Of a stretch of DNA of 64,000 bases, positions 17,081-25,688 are shown in pieces (position 1 is the first letter of the stretch; each line of letters opens with the position of its first letter). Source of the stretch: Candidatus Limnocylindrales bacterium (GTDB lineage: Bacteria > Chloroflexota > Limnocylindria > Limnocylindrales > CSP1-4); assembly GCA_044449785.1 (NCBI GenBank), contig JBIOII010000002.1, positions 1,141 to 65,140 of the forward strand, given 5' to 3'. The position numbers were made by a program, and so were the translations under genes. The notes under the pieces are model-generated. The model was not told the DNA's origin. It saw nothing but the letters and a program-made list of their open reading frames with translations, and made no database searches.

Positions 17081-18133
17081 GTGGCCGAGGCACACGCCCC
17101 TGCCGCAGACGACGCGACGGTTTCCGCGCGAGCCGAGGCTCTCTGCGACGCCGCGCTGGCCGGCGACCGGCGTTCTCTGGCCCGCCTGCTGACCGCCGTC
17201 GAGAACCGAACCACGCTCGCCGAAGCCGCCCTGCGACGGCTGCACAGGATGGCCGGCCACGCCCAACTGATCGGCATCACGGGCCCGCCGGGAGCCGGAA
17301 AGAGCACTCTGGTCGCGGCCCTGATAGCGGAGTTGCGACGCGCCGGACGACCGGTGGCGGTCGTGGCCGTCGACCCATCGAGCCCCATTACGGGCGGGGC
17401 CGTACTCGGCGACCGGGTCCGCATGCAGGCCTACGCCGTGGACGACGGCGTCTTTATCAGATCGATGGCCGCGCGCGGCCACGCGGGTGGACTCTCGTCG
17501 GCGACGGCTGCCGCTGCCGCCATCTTCGACGCCGTCGGGTTCGACGTCGTCCTCATCGAGACCGTCGGCACGGGCCAGAGTGAGGTCGAGGTGGCCGCCA
17601 CGGCCGACACGACTGTGGTCGTCGAGGCACCCGAGATGGGCGACGAGATACAGGCCATCAAGGCCGGGCTGCTCGAGGTTGCAGACATCGTCGTCGTGAA
17701 CAAGGGCGATCGTCCCGGGGCCCACCGGACCGCGGGACAGCTCCACGCCATGCTCGCCGACTCTCCGCGCGAGGCTCATCCGGGTCGACCGTTGCCGAAG
17801 CACCCGGAGGTTCTCGTGACGACTGCCGCGACCGGTGAGGGCGTGGCCGAGCTCCTCGCAGCGATCGACCGCCACCGCACCGCGGCCGGCGGAGCCGGGG
17901 GCGAGCGGGCACGGATGCGGCGCGCCGAGGCCCAGGTGTGGGCTGTGCTGGTCGATCGCCTGCACGAACGCGTCAGGACCCTCGAAGGCGCACCAGCGCC
18001 GGAATCGTCGGACGATGATGGGGTCGCGGAACTACCGGTCGCGGGTGATCTCCTCCGGCGTGTCGCCGCACACGACCTGGATCCGTATGCGGCAGCGGAC
18101 GAGATCCTCGACCAGCTGGTGCCTCGAGTCTGA
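17081..18133 (+). CDS. meaB: methylmalonyl-CoA mutase-associated GTPase MeaB/ArgK
   Basis: P-loop GITGPPGAGKSTLV, VAVDPSSPITGGAVLGDRVRM, VLIETVGTGQSE, VVNKGD. Start placed at GTG 17081, after the preceding stop. Confidence 0.9.
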   Translation: MAEAHAPAADDATVSARAEALCDAALAGDRRSLARLLTAVENRTTLAEAALRRLHRMAGHAQLIGITGPPGAGKSTLVAALIAELRRAGRPVAVVAVDPSSPITGGAVLGDRVRMQAYAVDDGVFIRSMAARGHAGGLSSATAAAAAIFDAVGFDVVLIETVGTGQSEVEVAATADTTVVVEAPEMGDEIQAIKAGLLEVADIVVVNKGDRPGAHRTAGQLHAMLADSPREAHPGRPLPKHPEVLVTTAATGEGVAELLAAIDRHRTAAGGAGGERARMRRAEAQVWAVLVDRLHERVRTLEGAPAPESSDDDGVAELPVAGDLLRRVAAHDLDPYAAADEILDQLVPRV

Positions 18134-18203
18134 GCGGGCTCGCCGGGCGGCCGGGAGATGGCGCGGCCCGCTCCACGATCACACTCGCGACGGCCGTTTC
18201 GAG

Positions 18204-21200
18204 CTACTGGGACAACCCCTCCGTATCGGCCCGTTCGGCGGCCGCGAGGGCTTCGCGAACGACTCGGATGACGGCGTCGATGTCGAACGGCTTGGCCAGC
18301 AGTCGGATGCCACGCTGCGTCGCAAAGCCGCGCAAGTCCGGGTTCAACACGTCGCCGCTCATGAATACCGCCCGCCTGGCCAGCTCGGGTCGGAACCTGA
18401 CTGCCGCTTCGTAGAATTCGGTGCCGCTCATGCCCGCCATGCGATGGTCGATCAACATCACGTCGAACGCGACGTCGCGCAAGCCGTCGAGCGCCTGGGC
18501 GCCGTCCTGGAAGGGCAGGCATTCCATCCCGGCGGCGGCCAACGCCTTACGCAGGAATGCCCGGATCGACGGCTCGTCGTCGAGGGCCAGGACCAGGGGA
18601 CGCCGGGTGGTGGTTGCCGGCCGGGCGGCCACCGACGGCACACGGGCGACCGGTGCCGGTCCAGCCGCGACGGCGGAGTGGAGCGGGGCACCTGCCGGGT
18701 GGCCGGGACGGGGCGGCGCCGGAACGAAATCGGGGAGTGAAGGAGCCGAATACGGAGCGGGAGCCGGTGGCGCGATCGCCTCGGCCGGCGCGTCTGACGG
18801 ACTGTCGGCAACGTCTGGGGCGACCGGCCCCGGGTCGGCTGCGATCCGGGCATGGCGCCGCGTGACGACCGCCGGGCCGGGCGCCTTGGAACCGGGCTTG
18901 ACCGGATGGATCGGCGCCGGAGCAGTCGGCAGCGCAATCAGCTCCAGATACCGCTCGTCCACACTCCGGCCGCTGACCGGCAGCTCCATGATGAAACAGC
19001 TTCCCGAGCCGCCTTGTCGAGGCTCGTACCAGAGATGTCCGCCGTGGGCGGCGACGATGCCGAACGACACGGACAGACCGAGGCCGGTCCCGTCGCCGGG
19101 TTGCTTGGTCGTGAAGAACGGGTCGAAGAGGCGTGGCCTGGCCGATTCCTGGACTCCGGGTCCATCGTCGCAGATAGCGATCCTGACCCGGTCCCCGGCG
19201 TCCAGGAGCCTCTGTGTCTTGGCTGCCCCGGAATTCGACTGTGGCTTTACCAGAGCGGCCTTGACCCACAAGTGGGCCGCATGGCTGCGGTCGCGGCCGC
19301 GCATCGCCTGGATGGCATTGATCGTCAGGTTCAGGAGAACCTGCTGGAGCTGAGCGCGATCGAGATCGACTTCCGGCAGCGTGGCAGGGATGTCGATCTC
19401 CACCTGGATCTGGTTCGTGCCGAGCGCGTACGACTGCAACTCGAGGACGCTCTGGACGAGCACCGAAATGCTCGTCGGGCGCCGCTCCGGGGGTCTCGCC
19501 CTTGCGAAGTCGAGGAGGTTCTGCACGATGCGCCGGGTCCGGTCGGCTTCCTGGACGAGCAGGCCGGCGTCGTGCTTCATGTCTTCGGGCAGCCGTTCGT
19601 CGCTGCGCATGAGCTGGCTGAACGCGATGATCGCCGCGAGCGGGTTGTTGAGCTCGTGAGCGACGCCGGAGACCAGCTGCCCGATCGCTTCCATCTTCTG
19701 GGCCTGGAGCAGCTCCCTCTGCAGGCGTTCCTGGTCGGAGAGGTCGCGGACCAGATGCAGAAAGCGGCGCTGGCCGCCCAGTTCCACGACGCGAACCTCC
19801 ACCTCCACCGGGAATTCCGAGCCGTCGGCCCTTCGGCCGCGGTCGCTGAAGGTACCGCGGCCCTGAGCCCAGACGATCTGCCTGCGGCGGGCCATCTCGC
19901 GCTCGTCGGCGGCGACGAGCTGGCCGAAGTAGCGGCCGAGGACCTCGCCGCGGTTGACGCGGTACAGGCGGACTGCGGCCTCGTTGGCGTCGAGCACGGT
20001 GCCGTCCAGGGCGGAGACGAGCAACGCGTCCGGCGACTCCTCGAACAGGGTGCGATACCGCTCCTCAGAGGAAACGAGCCGCTCGCGCAGCCGGTAGTTG
20101 GCGAGGGCGATGCCGGCGATCCTGGCCTCGGAATCCAGCGCGGACTCGTCGAGCGGCAGGCTCGACACGGGCCCCTCGAAGAAGCACAGGAGGGCGCCGG
20201 CCAACTCCTCTCCCGTGCGGATCGGGATTGCACCGAAAGAGTGGAAACCTGTGGCGCGGGCGAGCGGCAGAACCCTCTCGTTGACCTCGCCGGCCGCGAA
20301 GTCGCCCAGGACGCTCGTGCCGCCCGACAGCAGGATCGAGCCGCCGGGGGCCTCCCGGGCCGGGACGCCCTTCAGCCACAACCTGAACGCACCCGTTTCA
20401 CCCGCGACTGCGTGTGTCTCGAAGTGGTGCCCAGGTTCGATCAGCAGGTAGCAGACGCCGCTCGCGTCGAGCGCCTCTCGGACCAGGCTGACCGTCCGGT
20501 GGGCCAGTTCCTCGAACGAGCTCGCCTCCTCGCCGATCCGGGTCAACTCGTCGAGCGTGTCCAGGCGGTGCCCCAGCGCTCGCTGGGCGGCAGCCCTGTG
20601 AAGAAGCTCGGAGCGGAGCCGGAAGTTGGCGAGCGAGATGCTGCAGATGCGGGCGATCGGCTCCAGGAAATGGCCGTCGAACTGCTCGGATCGGGGAGGC
20701 TCCGCCCACTCCAGGTGAAGAACGCCCTCGAGTCTGCCCTCGAGCCTGAGTGGGAGCACTGCCTCGGCATGCGCCGCATTCGAGTCGGCCTCACCGTCGG
20801 AGGTGGCAAGCCAGACCTCCCCATACGCCCCGAGCTGCGACAGCGACGGCCAGCTACCCGGGATCTGCAGTCCAGCGCCGCTGTCCGACCAGCTCCGGCT
20901 GGGGAGTCCAACCCACGCCACCTGGTCTATCTTCTCGAACGCCGGATCCACCAGGATGTATCCCCCGCCGGCCGCTCCCGTGGCCAGGACGACGGCCTCG
21001 ATCGTCTCCTGGGCCAGACGGAACAGGTCGTCGGTGGACGCGCCGAGGAATGTCAATTCCTGCAGAGCCCGCAACTCGGCAGTCAGCCGTCGTTCATGCT
21101 CGGCTGCCTCCGCCAGGCCTTCGCTCATCCGTACGTTTGCAAAGGCGATCGAGATGACCCGCCCCACCGCCTCGACGTTGCGATCGTCGGTATTCGCTCT

Positions 21201-23039
21201 CGCATCGCTCGATCCGAAGAAGTAGCACAGGAACGCGCCGACGAGCCGGTCGCCCTCACGCACGGGGAAGACGGCATGGCCCGTAATGCCCGCATCCACC
21301 ATGCGCCTCAGCTCGGGCTCGAGCTCTGCGGCTGCGGCGAGGTGTTCCTGGTAAGCGCCGCCGCGGTCGGGTGAATTCAGGCGCTGCCAGAAGCCGAACG
21401 ATTCGGGCGGGCGGGTCTCCAGGAGCACTTGCATTGCTTCCGGCATCTGGCGCGATGCCACCACGTGCAGGCGGCCTTCGGAGGCAGCGACCACGATGCC
21501 GGCATCGGCGCCGAGCGAGCCGAGGATCCGTTCCAGCAGGAGATCGGCAATCGTGGCTTCCGAGATCTCGCCCTGTGGCAGCAGGGTCAGGCCCATCAGC
21601 ATCTCGAGTTGGGCCGTCAGGCGGCGCTCCTGATCGAGGCCGCGCTCCAACCGCTCCATCAGCCGCGCGTTCTCGAAGGCGCTAGCAACCTGGGAAGCGA
21701 CCTGCAGAACGATATCGTCGGCAGGACGGCGCCAGTCCGGGCGGCGCGAGCCGAGGGCGAGGAAGCCGATCGATTCGTCCCGGATGCGGAGCCCGACCAG
21801 GAACCCGGTAACGATTCCGTCGCGAGCCAGCAGGCCCGGGCTGTCGGTTCCCTCGAGGAACCTGCCGAGAGCCTCCACCGCTACGACCTCGCCCAGCTGT
21901 TCCAGAGCCTGTTCGAGCATCGGTATGTCGGCACGGCGGATGACCGCTAGCAAATCCTCGCTGACTCCAAGGCTGGCCTCGATTGTCTGACGTTCCCTGC
22001 CGGCCGCCCACGTCGCGATGATCCCTAGATCGGACATCGTGGCCTCGCGCAGCCGCTCCAGGGCTGCGGCCGCCACTTCGTGGCGATTGCGGGCCCGACC
22101 CGTGGCCACGGCCAGCGATCCGAGCGCAGCAGGGTCTGTTTCCGCGGCCGCCCGGATCTTCGTCAAGTCTCGTAGACGCACCATGACGTAGCCGCTGTCG
22201 GTTGGGGAAACCACCGTACCGATGGCCTCGACCTTGATCGGCTCGCCCGAACGAGGCTTGATCGTGATCTCGCGAACGAGCGTTCCGGCCGTGGCGGCCT
22301 CTCGCCGTGCCGCCTCGGCGTCAGAGTCGGACCAGTCGGCCAGGACGGACTCGTACTTGGTTCCGATCATCTCGGCGCGTGTGGCACCGTACATGGCCAC
22401 CGCGATGTCGTTGGCGTCGATGATCGTGCCGTCGGCGTCGATGAGGAGGAGCGCCTCGGGCGACCGGACGAACAAGTCCCGGTACGGCAGAGGTTCGGTC
22501 GGGGCGGCGTCTTGCGAGGCGGGACCGGTGTCGGGCCAGAAGATCGCCGTGATGCCGGGGTCGGCGTCCGTCGGGGCCAGTTTGAGGGCGTGGACATGAG
22601 CCCTGACCCAGATGTCCTTGGCGCCGACACGGAGATTCGTCAGGCCGTGCCAGCCGCCCGGCTTCATCGCCTGGAGACGGACCGCGCGGCCGGCAAGGTC
22701 TGCGCCACGGACTACGGACATCAATTCGGCCAACGGGCGGCCGAGGGCGACGTCGGTGGAGAGGCCGAGGATGGACTCGGCGTGCGAATTCCAGTGCACG
22801 ACGATGCCCGCCGAGTCGATGATGACGATGCCTGCCTGCAGCTGTTCGAGCAGCTGGAGGCTCTCCGCCGCCGAGCTCTGAGTCACGCCTGCCGCCGGGA
22901 GTGCGACGGACCACCGACATCCTGTCGGGTCCTCGGAATCGCAGGCGCATATCGTAGCCGGTGACGGCGTCCTGTCTGTAGGGAACCGCAGTCCCCATTC
23001 GAGGTCACACGTTCGGGGTAACCGGCCGCCGCCCGGCAC
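18204..23039 (-). CDS. multi-PAS/multi-GAF hybrid sensor histidine kinase with C-terminal receiver domain
   Basis: HisKA H-box GVAHELNNPL. HATPase N/G boxes (LLNLTINAIQA, DDGPGV, GTGLGLS). A Pro/Ala-rich spacer of roughly 130 aa, then REC (LVLALDDEPS...MLIDHRMAGMSG). Repeated PAS and GAF-like segments upstream. True start uncertain; GTG 22886 is an alternative. Confidence 0.9.
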   Translation of the reverse strand: MPGGGRLPRTCDLEWGLRFPTDRTPSPATICACDSEDPTGCRWSVALPAAGVTQSSAAESLQLLEQLQAGIVIIDSAGIVVHWNSHAESILGLSTDVALGRPLAELMSVVRGADLAGRAVRLQAMKPGGWHGLTNLRVGAKDIWVRAHVHALKLAPTDADPGITAIFWPDTGPASQDAAPTEPLPYRDLFVRSPEALLLIDADGTIIDANDIAVAMYGATRAEMIGTKYESVLADWSDSDAEAARREAATAGTLVREITIKPRSGEPIKVEAIGTVVSPTDSGYVMVRLRDLTKIRAAAETDPAALGSLAVATGRARNRHEVAAAALERLREATMSDLGIIATWAAGRERQTIEASLGVSEDLLAVIRRADIPMLEQALEQLGEVVAVEALGRFLEGTDSPGLLARDGIVTGFLVGLRIRDESIGFLALGSRRPDWRRPADDIVLQVASQVASAFENARLMERLERGLDQERRLTAQLEMLMGLTLLPQGEISEATIADLLLERILGSLGADAGIVVAASEGRLHVVASRQMPEAMQVLLETRPPESFGFWQRLNSPDRGGAYQEHLAAAAELEPELRRMVDAGITGHAVFPVREGDRLVGAFLCYFFGSSDARANTDDRNVEAVGRVISIAFANVRMSEGLAEAAEHERRLTAELRALQELTFLGASTDDLFRLAQETIEAVVLATGAAGGGYILVDPAFEKIDQVAWVGLPSRSWSDSGAGLQIPGSWPSLSQLGAYGEVWLATSDGEADSNAAHAEAVLPLRLEGRLEGVLHLEWAEPPRSEQFDGHFLEPIARICSISLANFRLRSELLHRAAAQRALGHRLDTLDELTRIGEEASSFEELAHRTVSLVREALDASGVCYLLIEPGHHFETHAVAGETGAFRLWLKGVPAREAPGGSILLSGGTSVLGDFAAGEVNERVLPLARATGFHSFGAIPIRTGEELAGALLCFFEGPVSSLPLDESALDSEARIAGIALANYRLRERLVSSEERYRTLFEESPDALLVSALDGTVLDANEAAVRLYRVNRGEVLGRYFGQLVAADEREMARRRQIVWAQGRGTFSDRGRRADGSEFPVEVEVRVVELGGQRRFLHLVRDLSDQERLQRELLQAQKMEAIGQLVSGVAHELNNPLAAIIAFSQLMRSDERLPEDMKHDAGLLVQEADRTRRIVQNLLDFARARPPERRPTSISVLVQSVLELQSYALGTNQIQVEIDIPATLPEVDLDRAQLQQVLLNLTINAIQAMRGRDRSHAAHLWVKAALVKPQSNSGAAKTQRLLDAGDRVRIAICDDGPGVQESARPRLFDPFFTTKQPGDGTGLGLSVSFGIVAAHGGHLWYEPRQGGSGSCFIMELPVSGRSVDERYLELIALPTAPAPIHPVKPGSKAPGPAVVTRRHARIAADPGPVAPDVADSPSDAPAEAIAPPAPAPYSAPSLPDFVPAPPRPGHPAGAPLHSAVAAGPAPVARVPSVAARPATTTRRPLVLALDDEPSIRAFLRKALAAAGMECLPFQDGAQALDGLRDVAFDVMLIDHRMAGMSGTEFYEAAVRFRPELARRAVFMSGDVLNPDLRGFATQRGIRLLAKPFDIDAVIRVVREALAAAERADTEGLSQ

Positions 23040-23118
23040 TCGATGCGTCGCCGCGGATGCGCGCCATGGTGGGTCGGTCAGCCGGTTCGGCGCTTGTTGC
23101 TGTATCCTTCGCGGCCGT

Positions 23119-23193
23119 GGGCCCGTAGCTCAACGGTAGAGCGGGGGACTCTTAATCCCTAGGTTCAGGGTTCGAATCCCTGCGGGCTCACCA
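23119..23193 (+). tRNA. tRNA-Lys (anticodon CTT), CCA encoded
   Basis: Manually folded cloverleaf. Acceptor GGGCCCG/CGGGCTC, D arm GCTC-AACGGTA-GAGC, anticodon arm GGGGA-CTCTTAA-TCCCT, variable loop AGGTT, T arm CAGGG-TTCGAAT-CCCTG, discriminator A plus CCA. Confidence 0.93.
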
Positions 23194-23400
23194 ACATTCA
23201 CGAGGGAATCCGACCCCTTGGAGCCTTCCGCGGAAGGTCCGACGGGTGGTTTGACCGCTTTGCAGGGCCAGTCGAGCGGCTCCGTCGGGGGCTGCCTTCA
23301 GGTGAAAGCGAGGGTTTGGGGGGCGACTGGGCGCTTGCCTTCGGCGGGCCCGCCCGTGTTGGCCGACCGCTCGTCTTCGCTGCAAGACGCAAGCCTTGGG

Positions 23401-23769
23401 CTATGTGACTGCGGGCGGACCCCTCCGACTCGGCCGCCGCAGCACAATCGCCACAAGGCCGACGACTGTTGCTACGGCGAGAACTGGGACCGCTGCCTTC
23501 GCGGCCTGGGGCGGCAGCACGAGCTCGAAGAATGGCTTCGGATCGCCCCACTCTGCCTGGAGCGTCCCCATCGGGCAGTCACCGCCACCCATGATGAGCC
23601 CTGCGCCCTCGATCAAGAGGAAGCCGATGCTCGCCACGAGAGCTTTGTCACGACGACCCGTCGCCGCACATGCCCAGATGTAGCCGAGGCTCGCGAGACC
23701 GACCCCGGACCACGCGGCGTGTACAACCCGCCACGCCCTGGCTCGACGGCCAAGTGTTGTCCAGCTCAT
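23401..23769 (-). CDS. hypothetical membrane protein (about 3 TM segments)
   Basis: 122 aa with hydrophobic stretches AAWSGVGLASLGYIWACAA, LVASIGFLLIEGAGLIMGG and AAVPVLAVATVVGLVAIVL. Confidence 0.5.
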   Translation of the reverse strand: MSWTTLGRRARAWRVVHAAWSGVGLASLGYIWACAATGRRDKALVASIGFLLIEGAGLIMGGGDCPMGTLQAEWGDPKPFFELVLPPQAAKAAVPVLAVATVVGLVAIVLRRPSRRGPPAVT

Positions 23770-23911
23770 TGCCAGAGGATGCCATAGGCCGGTGGCCTGG
23801 CGGGATTACGGGAAGGCTCAAGTCCCCACCTCGCAACTACACGGTTTGCGCGAGCCCGGAGACGCTACAGTGTCGAGCGGCTAGCTGCTCAGAGCCAGGG
23901 AGGAATAACCG

Positions 23912-24130
23912 GTGACCGAACGCCGAATCGCAACGGGAAAGATCGCGGCCAACTCTCCGGAGGCGGTTCTCTATGACCTCATCCGGGCAGACCTTCTGGT
24001 GCTGGGGAAGGGCATCTGGGACCGTCTAGAGAAGCTGGAGAAGCAGGAGCAGATGCTGCAAGCGATCGAATCTCACCTGGCCGTACTAGAGAGCCAAATC
24101 TCCGAACTGCGGGGCCGCGTCGCGTCTTGA
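23912..24130 (+). CDS. small coiled-coil hypothetical protein
   Basis: 72 aa. GTG start preceded by GGGAGG. Heptad-like LEKLEKQEQMLQAIESHLAVLESQISELRGR. Confidence 0.4.
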   Translation: MTERRIATGKIAANSPEAVLYDLIRADLLVLGKGIWDRLEKLEKQEQMLQAIESHLAVLESQISELRGRVAS

Positions 24131-24391
24131 AATCCGCGCCTGCGATCGCGACGCCGGTTGACGTCCGGGCGGCGAGGGGCACCGACTTCTCCGGGCGGGT
24201 CATCCGGGCGTCTGTCGCGTTGCCCACGCCCGTAAACGAGGTAGGCCGCGTACGTCATCTGGGACGCGCGGCGCTACGGCTTCGGGAGAGCCTGCGCCGG
24301 CCGACTGTCCGTCAGGCGGCGGCGTACCCTCACGGCCTCCGACGTCGTACGAGCGCCATGGGCTCTGGTTGACGCCACGGATCCGCGCGGG

Positions 24392-25318
24392 TCAGTCCGG
24401 CTGAGCGATCTCGATCCGGTCGCGGCCGGCTTTCTTGGCGCTGTACAGCGCGCTGTCGGCACGGGCGAACAGCTGGTCGGCGGACTCGTCAGCGCACGCT
24501 AGCGCGCCGCCGACCGAGACGTGCACCTTGTGCTGAACCCCGGCCAGGCGAACCTCGGACTGGGCGACGAGGGTTCGGATTCTTTCGGCGGCGTCGGCCA
24601 GGCCGCCGTCGTCGGACGATTCGACGAGGACGGCGAACTCTTCACCGCCCCAACGTGCCACCACGTCTCCGCCTCGCACAGCACCACGGAGAGTGGCGCC
24701 GACGCCCACAAGCACCGCGTCGCCGAAGGTGTGACCGTATGTGTCGTTGACGTGCTTGAAGTGGTCTATATCTACGATGAGAAGGCCGAAACGCCAACCG
24801 TAGCGACCCATGTTGTCGAGGCGGCCAGCGAGGGCGGCGTCGAAGAGCCGGCGGTTTGGAAGGCCGGTCAACTCATCGGTGAGCGCGTCGTGGCGAGCGC
24901 GATCGGCGTCTTCGACCGCCCGCAGAACGGCCGAGTCGTCGGAAAAGACTTCCACCGCGCCAACGATGTTCCCGTCGCCGTTGCGGACCGGCGCCGTCCG
25001 AATGCGGACAGGCTTGCGATATCCCTCCGCGTGCCGGAGCCAGACGGAGACCTCGCGGGAATGTCCATCGCGGATCGTCGCGGCCAGCGGGCAGACCGTA
25101 TGGCAGAGTGAGTTTCCCTGGCCGTCGACGTGGTCGAGGATGTTCTCGAAGCAGCGATGCCCGACCACCTCGGCCGACGAGTAGCCGGTGATGCGCTCGG
25201 CGCCGTGGTTCCAGTAGCCGATCTCGCGGCCCGGATCGACGAAGTAGACGCCGTCGGCAAGGTTGTCGACGATCGTCTTGTGGAAGTCGTCTCCGAACGG
25301 GTTGTCTGGCATGGGCAC
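24392..25318 (-). CDS. PAS domain-containing diguanylate cyclase (GGDEF)
   Basis: N-terminal PAS (GVYFVDPGREIGYWNHGAERITGY). GGDEF domain with LPNRR, FKHVNDTYGH and active site RWGGEEFAVLV. Confidence 0.9.
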   Translation of the reverse strand: MPMPDNPFGDDFHKTIVDNLADGVYFVDPGREIGYWNHGAERITGYSSAEVVGHRCFENILDHVDGQGNSLCHTVCPLAATIRDGHSREVSVWLRHAEGYRKPVRIRTAPVRNGDGNIVGAVEVFSDDSAVLRAVEDADRARHDALTDELTGLPNRRLFDAALAGRLDNMGRYGWRFGLLIVDIDHFKHVNDTYGHTFGDAVLVGVGATLRGAVRGGDVVARWGGEEFAVLVESSDDGGLADAAERIRTLVAQSEVRLAGVQHKVHVSVGGALACADESADQLFARADSALYSAKKAGRDRIEIAQPD

Positions 25319-25688
25319 TCCGGCAGCTGCGGGTCCGGGGCGGGCGCCCTGAACCAGACCTCGAGCCGACGCCGGCTCAATGTACTACGCACCGGTGGAG
25401 TGGCTGGACCCGCGGCCATTCGATCACCTGGCGCAACCCGGGTCGCGCAGGGCGGGGCGGATTCCATCCCGCGGATGTGCCCTGAAAGCCGGCGACGCGC
25501 CACGAACGTCGTTCAGCTTGTATCTCAGCGCCGGGGCCGGTCGGAATGGTAATGTCCCTCCGGGCGCGGAGCCGATCTGGGACGGCCGAGCACCCTGGCA
25601 AGCGGTTCGTCTCGCCTTCCGGCGCCTGGGCACGGCCGGACTCTGTTCGAGACGCGGTCGACAGCAGTGGCCAACGAAGAGGAGAGTC

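Noticed and set aside
23194-23400. GC-rich structured-looking sequence after tRNA-Lys (CCTTCCGCGGAAGGTCCGACGGG), considered as RNase P, SRP or tmRNA.
   Set aside because: It lacks the conserved cores I know: GAGGAAAGUCC for RNase P, GGAAGCAGCC for the SRP helix 8 region, and a tRNA-like 3' end for tmRNA. It is more likely the tRNA terminator hairpin plus the 3' UTR of the convergent membrane-protein gene.
23119-24391. Genomic island integrated at tRNA-Lys.
   Set aside because: There is no integrase. The best downstream match to the tRNA 3' end that I found is only 8 nt (CTGCGGGC near 23410). I kept it as a low-interest observation only.
25319-25688. Looked for a c-di-GMP riboswitch or LacI/ROK operator in the 370-nt gap between the GGDEF gene and the first GH94 gene.
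   Set aside because: I found no GEMM-type core (no GGCAAA...GACGCAAAGC-like elements) and no clear palindrome. I cannot exclude a weak or novel element.
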